Source: Candidatus Fermentibacteraceae bacterium
GTDB lineage: Bacteria > Fermentibacterota > Fermentibacteria > Fermentibacterales > JCC-6
NCBI GenBank assembly: GCA_041686025.1
Contig: JAWLEP010000040.1
Span: forward strand, 1 to 22,082
Length of the DNA stretch: 22,082 bases
Reading direction: 5' to 3'
Shown one piece after another: positions 9,251 to 15,950 of the stretch (position 1 is its first letter; the number at the start of each line of letters is the position of its first letter). The notes below the pieces were generated by a model. That model searched no databases and was not told where the DNA came from. It saw only the letters and a program-made list of their open reading frames with translations. The position numbers and the translations under genes were made by a program.

Positions 9251-9414
9251 GTTACCTTCCCTTCTCCGTCGAGGCCTTGCGCGCGGGCGGCGCGCCCGCG
9301 GCTAGCGAAATGCACCATCTATCAATTATCATAGCACTTCTTCGGAAGCGGGGGTGGGCCCCCGGCTGTCCCGGAAGACAGTAAGCATACCAAAACGGTA
9401 CGGATTGGAGCAAG

Positions 9415-10035
9415 ATGGGCAAGCCATCACCACAGGACCGCAACCTGACCTGGCACTACCACGAGGTGACCAGGGATGACAGGCAGAAGATACTGGGCCA
9501 CAGGGGTGCCACCATCTGGTTCACCGGCCTCAGCGGCTCGGGGAAGTCCACGGTGGCCGATGCCGTGGCCTCCCGGCTGCACGACATGGGCGTCCTCACC
9601 GCCATACTCGACGGCGACAACATACGGCACGGCCTGAACAGCGACCTGGGCTTCTCCCCGGAGGACAGAACCGAGAACATCCGCCGCATCTCCGAGGTCG
9701 CCAAGCTGTTCACCTCCTTCGGCGTGGTGAACCTCCTGGCCTTCATCAGCCCCTACCGGGTCGGCCGGGACGGAGCCCGGAGGATCCAGGAGGAGGGCGA
9801 CTTCTTCGAGGTATACGTGAAGGTTCCTCTGGACGTGGCCGAGGACCGGGACCCCAAGGGCCTCTACAGGAAGGCCCGGGCGGGGGAGATAAAGTCCTTC
9901 ACCGGCATCGACGCTCCCTACGAGGAGCCCGAGAACCCCGAGCTGGTGCTGGACACCTCCAGGCTCTCCCCCGATGAGAGTGCCGAGAGGGTGATCGCCA
10001 TGCTGCGCGAGAGGGGCGTGATACCGGCGGAGTAG
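9415..10035 (+). CDS. cysC: Adenylyl-sulfate (APS) kinase
   Basis: WFTGLSGSGKST P-loop, LDGDNIRHGL, DRTENIRR, RDPKGLY, FTGIDAPYEEP. Confidence 0.96.
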   Translation: MGKPSPQDRNLTWHYHEVTRDDRQKILGHRGATIWFTGLSGSGKSTVADAVASRLHDMGVLTAILDGDNIRHGLNSDLGFSPEDRTENIRRISEVAKLFTSFGVVNLLAFISPYRVGRDGARRIQEEGDFFEVYVKVPLDVAEDRDPKGLYRKARAGEIKSFTGIDAPYEEPENPELVLDTSRLSPDESAERVIAMLRERGVIPAE

Positions 10036-10051
10036 CCGGTAGCGCAGGACC

Positions 10052-11338
10052 ATGAGGCAGTTCTTCCCCCAGCTGGGGCCGGCGGTGCGGCGCACCCGCG
10101 GCCGCCTGCTGCCCGCCCTGGACCCCCAGGAGAAGAGGACCTTCAAGCGTCACATCATGGCCTCCGCCCTGCAGGCGGTGGCCATGGGAGTGATACTCAA
10201 CCACGAGTACATCGCCGCCAAGGGCCTGGACGCCTCTCCCTGGCAGGTCACCATACTGACCATGATATGGCCGGTGGCCAACTTCATGTCGGTCTTCATC
10301 AGCCACTGGATAGACGGCAGGGGCTGCTACTCGAAGGCGGTTCTGCTGGGCGGGCTGCTGCGACTGGCCGTCTGCGGGATGTTCCTCACCGACAGCGTGA
10401 ACGTCCTGCTGGTGCTGCTGCTGTTCTTCTTCGGCTCCAACAGCATGGTCCTCCCGGTGCAGAACTCCATCATCCGCTACCGCTACGGCCCGGGAAAGCG
10501 AGGCAGCCTTTTCGGCTGGACCATGAGCGTCCTGAACCTGGTGAGCCTGCCCACCTCCATGATGGTGGGAGTCCTGCTGGACATCGACTTCTCGCTCTAC
10601 CGCTGGATCTTCCTGGCCGAAGGGGTATTCAGCTTCGGGCAGGCCGCTGTGCTCTCCTGGATTGCCCGGGGCATGGGGGTGGAAGGGCCGGGGGAGCACA
10701 CCAGGCAGGGAATGGGCCAGTTCGTACGCAGTCTGTGGGGCATATTCCGGCGCGACAGGGAGTTCGCCTGGTTCGAGACCTGCTTCATGATATACGGCAT
10801 AGCATTCCAGGCGGTCCTTCCAGCCATACCCTTCTTCGCCCGCGACCAGCTGGGGCTCTCCTTCGAGCAGTTCGCCACCGCCAAGGGGGTGATCGGCCAG
10901 CTGGGCCTGGTGGTCCTGGGGCCCTTCCTGGGGGCGGGGGTGGAGCGGATACATCCCTTCAAGTTCACCGGCGTGGTGGTTCTGATACTGGGCATGTACC
11001 CCATAGTGATGGCCACCGGAGCCTGGGTGCCCTCACTGGGGCTGGTTCTCTTCTACCTCTCCTTCGCCTTCTTCGCGGTAGGCATCGCGGGGATAAACAT
11101 CTCCTGGAACATCTCCAGTATGGCCTTCGCTCCCGAGGGTCAGACCGCCACCTACCAGGGGCTGCACATAACGGCAACCGCCATCCGGGGTCTGTTCGCT
11201 CCCGTTCTGGGTACAGTGCTGCTGCAGCAGGTTGGCTACACCGCGCCTTTTATCTTCTCCTCGGGGCTCTTCATGGTGTCCGGGGTCATGTTCATCGCCC
11301 ACTACCGGAAGAGGTGCCGGAGGGGCCTGGTTACGTAG
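10052..11338 (+). CDS. MFS transporter
   Basis: 428 aa with about 12 hydrophobic segments in two halves; YGPGKRGSLFG and YQGLHITATAIRGLFAP MFS-like loops; 16 nt after cysC. Confidence 0.8.
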   Translation: MRQFFPQLGPAVRRTRGRLLPALDPQEKRTFKRHIMASALQAVAMGVILNHEYIAAKGLDASPWQVTILTMIWPVANFMSVFISHWIDGRGCYSKAVLLGGLLRLAVCGMFLTDSVNVLLVLLLFFFGSNSMVLPVQNSIIRYRYGPGKRGSLFGWTMSVLNLVSLPTSMMVGVLLDIDFSLYRWIFLAEGVFSFGQAAVLSWIARGMGVEGPGEHTRQGMGQFVRSLWGIFRRDREFAWFETCFMIYGIAFQAVLPAIPFFARDQLGLSFEQFATAKGVIGQLGLVVLGPFLGAGVERIHPFKFTGVVVLILGMYPIVMATGAWVPSLGLVLFYLSFAFFAVGIAGINISWNISSMAFAPEGQTATYQGLHITATAIRGLFAPVLGTVLLQQVGYTAPFIFSSGLFMVSGVMFIAHYRKRCRRGLVT

Positions 11339-11339
11339 A

Positions 11340-11367
11340 AAGGGCGGCCCCGGCCGGGGCCGCCCTT
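11340..11367. terminator. 28-bp perfect palindrome, probable bidirectional terminator
   Basis: AAGGGCGGCCCCGG|CCGGGGCCGCCCTT between convergent stop codons at 11338 and 11388. Confidence 0.7.
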
Positions 11368-11387
11368 CATGTTGCGTGGTATTACCG

Positions 11388-11882
11388 CTAGATGTTGATG
11401 CCGGCGGTGGCCCCCAGCCAGAAGTCGTCGAAGTCGACCCAGTGGAGCTTGCCGCTGAGCTCTATGTCGTTCCCGCCCATGGGCAGTATGGTTCCGATGT
11501 TGCCGTAGGCTCCTATCTCGCCGTCGCTCTCATCGACGTCATCTCCACCTTCCACGTCCCAGCTGACGCTTGAGTGGTGATAGGCAAGGCCACCCCCATA
11601 GAAAACCTGTCCCATGTAGGTGCGGATGCCGGCGAGAACCGGGATCATGCTGGCCGAGAAGTTATCGTAGTCGTACTCCGAGCTGAGAAAGGCGTAGCTG
11701 ATACTGCCCTCGATGGCATACATGGGCATGTGGATCAGCACGTTGGCGCCTATCATCGGGCTGGCGTTGTAGGCGTCTCCGGCATCACCGGTGGGCAGCA
11801 GCAGGCCGCCGTGAAAGCCGAACTCGGTGCTGGCGAAGGCGGCCAGGGCCAGGACGGCCATCAGAACTAGAGCATACCTCAT
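11388..11882 (-). CDS. Small outer-membrane beta-barrel protein (OmpA-transmembrane-like)
   Basis: Signal peptide MRYALVLMAVLALAAFA; alternating amphipathic strands (IPVLAGIRTY, YGGGLAY, FWLGATAGINI); GGAGGA SD. Confidence 0.75.
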   Translation of the reverse strand: MRYALVLMAVLALAAFASTEFGFHGGLLLPTGDAGDAYNASPMIGANVLIHMPMYAIEGSISYAFLSSEYDYDNFSASMIPVLAGIRTYMGQVFYGGGLAYHHSSVSWDVEGGDDVDESDGEIGAYGNIGTILPMGGNDIELSGKLHWVDFDDFWLGATAGINI

Positions 11883-11918
11883 CGTGTCCTCCCTTTCGGT
11901 TGGTTTGCTATTGCTGAA

Positions 11919-11947
11919 ACGCTAGCCTATCGCAGCGCTTCGGTCAA
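11919..11947 (-). promoter_or_regulatory. Candidate sigma70 promoter for the beta-barrel gene
   Basis: Minus strand TTGACC-N17-TAGCGT; the -35 overlaps the HAD stop codon. Confidence 0.45.
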
Positions 11948-12630
11948 CTGCCGAGAACCAGGTCACGCACCTGTGGCAGCGAGGTGGCGTCCAGTACGCG
12001 CCGGCCCTCGTCGGGAAAGCCCCCATCCGGAGAGAGCAGTACGAAATCCACCCCTGCCGCTTCCGCCGCCGGCAGATCGCTTGACGTGCTGTCGCCGGCG
12101 AACAGCGTGGTCTGCGGCGATGCCTCCAGCAGCCTCATGGCCAGGCCGAGTATCTCCGGGTCGGGCTTGGCCATGCCCGCCTCGCAGCTGAGCACGATGG
12201 CGTCCAGGTACTCTATGATGCCCGACTCCCGGATCCTCGGCCTCTGGACCTCGCCTGGGCCGTTGGACACCAGGCCGATGGATATGCCGGTCTCCTTCAG
12301 CTTCCGAAGCGTCTCCAGCGCCCCCTCGACGGTGCCGTGGTGCATGGAGAGGTGGCCGTAGTAGCGGTTCAGGAACTCCGCGGGGTCGGCTTCCACGCCG
12401 CATCTGCGGAAAGCGTTCTCCATTCCGGGGGAGTCCTTTCCCGGCGCCCCCGGTCGGCAGGCCTCCAGCGCCTGCACCTCGTCGGAATCCACCAGCTCCA
12501 GCAGCTTCTCCTCGGGCACGTGCAGCTCCATCTCCGCGGCGGTGGCGCTCACCGCCTCGCGCTGCGCCGAGGCGTAGTCCAGCAGCGTCCCGTCCAGGTC
12601 GAAGATCACTGTCTCGTACTTGCGCTCCAA
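11944..12630 (-). CDS. HAD-family hydrolase (YjjG/subfamily IA-like)
   Basis: IFDLDGTLLD, VSNG, GMAKPDPEI, AGDSTSSDL; TTG start at 12630 behind AGGAGAGGGGGG, 28 nt after the cysK stop. Confidence 0.88.
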   Translation of the reverse strand: MERKYETVIFDLDGTLLDYASAQREAVSATAAEMELHVPEEKLLELVDSDEVQALEACRPGAPGKDSPGMENAFRRCGVEADPAEFLNRYYGHLSMHHGTVEGALETLRKLKETGISIGLVSNGPGEVQRPRIRESGIIEYLDAIVLSCEAGMAKPDPEILGLAMRLLEASPQTTLFAGDSTSSDLPAAEAAGVDFVLLSPDGGFPDEGRRVLDATSLPQVRDLVLGS

Positions 12631-12658
12631 GCGGCCCCCCTCTCCTGTGGAATGCCGG

Positions 12659-13564
12659 TCACAGGTAGTTGAAACCATGGTCGGGGAAGACGGTGGCGAC
12701 AACTCCCCCGCCCATCTCGGCCCCCAGCGTCATGGCCGCCTCCAGCGCCGCCCCGCTGGAGGGGCCCACGGGATGCCCCAGAGACGAGGCTACCCAGCGG
12801 GCCAGCTCCCGCGCCCTGTCCGCCGAGACCTCCGCAAGGGGGACTCCGGCCAGCCTTCTGTGGAGCGGGACATTCCGCGGGTCGGGCCTTCGGATGCCGG
12901 ATATGGCGCCCTCCCGCCGGGGCATGGCTCCCAGCAACGCCGGCTCGCCGCCCGCCGTGCGCAGGGCCTCGGCCACTCCCAGCAGCGTGCCCCCGGTGCC
13001 CACCGCGGCAGCGAAGCCGTCCACGGCACCGTCGGACTGACGCAGTATCTCCGGCCCCGTGGTAAGCGCGTGGGCAGTGGGGTTGAGCCCGGTGCCGTGC
13101 TGGTCCAGGTAGACGCAGCCGGGGCCATTCGCCGCAGCCATCGCCCTTGTCTGAGCCCCGGCGGTGCCCTCTTCGGAAGGTGTCACGGTGAGCCTGGCCC
13201 CCAGGCACCTGATCCTGGCCAGCCGGGCGCCCCCTGCGTTGCGGGGGACGAACAGCCAGGCCCGGACCCCCAGCCTCCCGGCGGCAAGGGCCAGGGCGAC
13301 GGCAGTGTTCCCCGAGGAGGCCTCCACGAAGGTGGCCTCTTCCAGTTGGGGTGCACGCCTGAGCCTCTCCTCGAGAACGAACGAGGCCACCCGGTCCTTC
13401 ACCGAGAGGCCGGGGTTCATGGATTCCAGCTTGGCCAGAATGGTCACCCCCGCCGGAGCCTCGGGGGGAGTCGCCTCTACCAGGGGGGTGGGCTGCCAGG
13501 CAGTGCGCTGCCCGGTCCGATCAGACCCTGCCGCCCTCTCTTCGCTTCTCGTCTTCGTGATCAC
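12659..13564 (-). CDS. cysK: PLP-dependent cysteine synthase family protein (CysK/CysM-like, divergent)
   Basis: PTPLV, KLESMNPGLSVKDR (PLP Lys), ASSGNT, TTGPEI, GTGGT, GPSSGA, FPDHGFNYL; GTG start 7 nt after GAAGGGA. Confidence 0.85.
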   Translation of the reverse strand: MITKTRSEERAAGSDRTGQRTAWQPTPLVEATPPEAPAGVTILAKLESMNPGLSVKDRVASFVLEERLRRAPQLEEATFVEASSGNTAVALALAAGRLGVRAWLFVPRNAGGARLARIRCLGARLTVTPSEEGTAGAQTRAMAAANGPGCVYLDQHGTGLNPTAHALTTGPEILRQSDGAVDGFAAAVGTGGTLLGVAEALRTAGGEPALLGAMPRREGAISGIRRPDPRNVPLHRRLAGVPLAEVSADRARELARWVASSLGHPVGPSSGAALEAAMTLGAEMGGGVVATVFPDHGFNYL

Positions 13565-13673
13565 GTGAGCATCCCTTCATCTGCACGTTCCATCCCTCAT
13601 CCACCGGGTCAGCCGGCGGGGGACAGGTGCAGGTGAAGGCTTGGGGCAGCGGCATCCCTTCCCTCACGGTCAT
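13521..13673 (-). CDS. Putative Cys-containing leader peptide 2 (50 aa) overlapping the cysK start
   Basis: GGAGGGAGAA-ATG; MTVREGMPLPQAFTCTCPPPADPVDEGWNVQMKGCSRDHEDEKRREGGRV; the CTCP codons lie in the 5' arm of the anti-SD hairpin. Confidence 0.6.
   Translation of the reverse strand: MTVREGMPLPQAFTCTCPPPADPVDEGWNVQMKGCSRDHEDEKRREGGRV
13574..13639 (-). promoter_or_regulatory. Long hairpin sequestering the cysK Shine-Dalgarno
   Basis: mRNA CCUUCACCUGCAC-CUGUCCC-CCGCCGG-[CUGAC]-CCGGUGG-AUGA-GGGAUGG-AAC-GUGCAGAUGAAGG: 12/13, 7/7 and 7/7 pairs (G-U allowed); the 3' end includes GAAGG of the SD. Confidence 0.7.
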
Positions 13674-13686
13674 TTCTCCCTCCATC

Positions 13687-13711
13687 AAAAAAGCCCGCCT
13701 CGAAGGCGGGC
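13687..13711 (-). terminator. Intrinsic terminator inside the cysK 5' leader (attenuator)
   Basis: mRNA GCCCGCCU-UCG-AGGCGGGC-UUUUUU; no full-length gene upstream on this strand for it to terminate. Confidence 0.85.
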
Positions 13712-13737
13712 CGTCCAGGCTGCGAGCTGCTGCGCAC

Positions 13738-13803
13738 CTAACCCGCCTGCGGATCACCTCCGCCTTCGGGACAGGTACACGCAACGGCCATTGATATATT
13801 CAT
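13738..13803 (-). CDS. Putative Cys-containing leader peptide 1 (21 aa, or 17 aa from ATG 13791)
   Basis: MNISMAVACTCPEGGGDPQAG*, starting 11 nt after the -10 box (near-leaderless). Its last codons (AGGCGGGUU) are complementary to the terminator 5' arm. Confidence 0.6.
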   Translation of the reverse strand: MNISMAVACTCPEGGGDPQAG

Positions 13804-13819
13804 GATCGCGTGCTAGACT
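13791..13819 (+). promoter_or_regulatory. sigma70-type promoter of the mrp-MBL-hydG operon
   Basis: TTGATA(13791-13796)-N17-TAGACT(13814-13819), with extended -10 TG at 13811-13812. Confidence 0.6.
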
Positions 13820-13843
13820 AACAGATTCCGGTTTGTTGGTCAA
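13815..13843 (-). promoter_or_regulatory. sigma70-type promoter of the cysK leader
   Basis: Minus strand TTGACC(13843-13838)-N17-TAGTCT(13820-13815), with extended -10 TG. Confidence 0.65.
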
Positions 13844-13906
13844 CCAGGACCGCGCGGGGCAGCTGCACCGCCGGCCCCACATAGATCCCACGGGAATCTC
13901 GAGAGG

Positions 13907-15124
13907 ATGGATATGAGCGCGGAGGAGAAGAAGGGCGGATTCCAGATAGAGAAGTCCCCGGCGAAGCACAACATACTCGTGCTTTCCGGAAAGGGCGGCG
14001 TAGGCAAGAGCACGGTGGCGGCCAACCTGGCGCTGTCTCTCTCCCTGCAGGGCAGGAGGACCGGACTGCTGGACGCCGACTTCCACGGCCCGAGCATCCC
14101 CAAGATGCTGGGGCTGGAGGGCAAGAGGCTGGCCATGGAGAATGATAAGATCCTCCCGGTATCCCTGGGGGACCTGAAGGTGATCTCCGTGGACTTCATG
14201 CTGGAGCAGCGCACCGACCCGGTGATATGGCGCGGGCCCATGAAGATGAACGTCATAAAGCAGCTGCTGGAGGACGTGGCCTGGGGCGACCTGGACTACC
14301 TGGTGATCGACAGCCCGCCGGGAACCGGTGACGAGCCCCTGTCCGTGGCCCAGCTTGTCCCCGAGCCCACCGGGGCCCTGATAGTCACCACGCCGCAGGA
14401 CGTGTCCACCTCCGACGTACGCCGCTCCATATCCTTCTGCCGGGCGGTGAACCTCCCGGTGCTGGGCGTTGTGGAGAACATGGCGGGACTGGTCTGTCCC
14501 CACTGCGGAGAGACCATAGACCTGTTCGGCCAGGGCGGGGGGGAGCGGATGTCCGAGGAGATGGGGGTGCCCTTCCTGGGGCGTATTCCCATCGACCCCG
14601 CCATCGTGAAGAGCGGCGACAGCGGCAAGCCCTTCTCCTACTGGGAGTCAGAAAGCCCCTCCGGCTCGGCCTTCACCGAGCTGGTGGAGAGGCTCTCCGG
14701 CAGGATCGAGTCCGGTAACGTCCCCGACAGTGCGCCCGAGCCTGCAGCGGAACCCGAGGCCGACGACTCCCCTGCGGATGAGACGGTTACCGCGGCCTTT
14801 CCCGTGGAGTCGGGCAGGGTCTGCGCCCACTTCGGCCACTGCAGGGAGTTCGTGTTCCTCACCGCCGACTGCGGCACCGCCGAGGTGAGGGAGAGGAGGG
14901 TGCTGGAGCCTCCGAAGCACGAGCCTGGGGTGCTTCCCCGCTGGGTCAGCGAGCAGGGAGCGAGCGTTGTGGTATCGGGGGGCATGGGCAGAAAGGCCCG
15001 GGACCTCTTCGAGAAGGAGGGCGTGCAGGTGGTCACGGGAGCCCCGGAGCGGGAGCCCGAGGAGCTGCTGAGGGACTACCTCGATGGCCGGCTGGAGACC
15101 GGGCCCAACGCCTGCTCCCACTGA
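13907..15124 (+). CDS. Mrp/ApbC/NBP35 Fe-S cluster carrier ATPase fused to a NifX/NifB-family domain
   Basis: GKGGVGKST, DADFHGPS, IWRGP, DYLVIDSPPGTGD, ENMAGLVCPHC; linker; C-terminal HFGHC...HEPGVLP...GGMG...NACSH. Confidence 0.92.
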   Translation: MDMSAEEKKGGFQIEKSPAKHNILVLSGKGGVGKSTVAANLALSLSLQGRRTGLLDADFHGPSIPKMLGLEGKRLAMENDKILPVSLGDLKVISVDFMLEQRTDPVIWRGPMKMNVIKQLLEDVAWGDLDYLVIDSPPGTGDEPLSVAQLVPEPTGALIVTTPQDVSTSDVRRSISFCRAVNLPVLGVVENMAGLVCPHCGETIDLFGQGGGERMSEEMGVPFLGRIPIDPAIVKSGDSGKPFSYWESESPSGSAFTELVERLSGRIESGNVPDSAPEPAAEPEADDSPADETVTAAFPVESGRVCAHFGHCREFVFLTADCGTAEVRERRVLEPPKHEPGVLPRWVSEQGASVVVSGGMGRKARDLFEKEGVQVVTGAPEREPEELLRDYLDGRLETGPNACSH

Positions 15125-15129
15125 TCGGC

Positions 15130-15939
15130 TTGAGACTCACCGTAGTCGTCGAGAACATGGCCTCCGGGAGGGGAATGCTCGCCGAGCATGGCCTCTCGGT
15201 CCTGCTGGACACGGGTGACGGCAGGCTGCTGTTCGACACCGGTCAGGGATTGGCCCTTTCCCGCAACCTGGAGATGCTGGGCGTAGATCCAGCCTCCATC
15301 GGAACCTGCGTTCTGAGCCACGGCCACTACGACCACACCGGGGGCCTGGAGTGGCTGCTGGGCCGCAGCCCCGGCTGCCGTGTGGTGGCCCATCCGGCCG
15401 TCTTCCGGCCCATGTGGTCGCTATCCGGGGGCAGGCATGCCGCGGGCTGCCCCTCGGGCAGACCGGAGGGAGCGGAGCTGGAACTGTCCGAGGAGCCGCT
15501 GGAGGTGCTTCCCGGCGTCACCACCACCGGGTTCGTGCCGCGGCGGACGGGCTTCGAGACGGTAGGGGAGCATTTCGTGGACGAGCGCGGAGACCGCGAC
15601 ATCATCCCCGACGACATGGGCCTGCTGGTCGGGGCCGGACAGGGCACGGTTCTGGTTACCGGATGCGCCCACGCCGGAGTGGTTAACACCGCCCGGCTGG
15701 CGGAGGAACTGACCGGATCGGCGCCTGTTTCCATACTGGGAGGATTTCACCTGCATTCCGCCGGCTTCGAGCGGGTGAAGAGGGTGGCCGAGGAGCTGTC
15801 GGAGATGGGAGTCCGGCGGCTGTACCCCGGTCACTGCACGGGGGAGAGACAGGTTTGCGAGCTGGCGGCCCTGTTCGGGGACTGCCGGAGAATACATACG
15901 GGCTTCACCCTCGACCTTTCGGGGGCACCAACGGAATGA
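15130..15939 (+). CDS. MBL-fold metallo-hydrolase (MJ0301/DHPS-like subfamily)
   Basis: EHGLS, LFDTG, SHGHYDHTGG, GCAHAG, GGFHL, GHCTG; TTG start. Confidence 0.88.
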   Translation: MRLTVVVENMASGRGMLAEHGLSVLLDTGDGRLLFDTGQGLALSRNLEMLGVDPASIGTCVLSHGHYDHTGGLEWLLGRSPGCRVVAHPAVFRPMWSLSGGRHAAGCPSGRPEGAELELSEEPLEVLPGVTTTGFVPRRTGFETVGEHFVDERGDRDIIPDDMGLLVGAGQGTVLVTGCAHAGVVNTARLAEELTGSAPVSILGGFHLHSAGFERVKRVAEELSEMGVRRLYPGHCTGERQVCELAALFGDCRRIHTGFTLDLSGAPTE

Positions 15940-15950
15940 TGGGGTAGCAG

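Noticed and set aside
9251..9340. Purine/ZTP riboswitch upstream of purC
   Set aside because: Only a short GC hairpin (CGCGGGCG/CGCCCGCG) and a candidate TGcTATGAT -10; no aptamer consensus recognised.
13687..13810. SAM-I riboswitch or T-box upstream of cysK
   Set aside because: No GCAAC/GUGC-AAUUCC core or GGUGGUACCGCG T-box motif; the leader-peptide model fits the pairings better.
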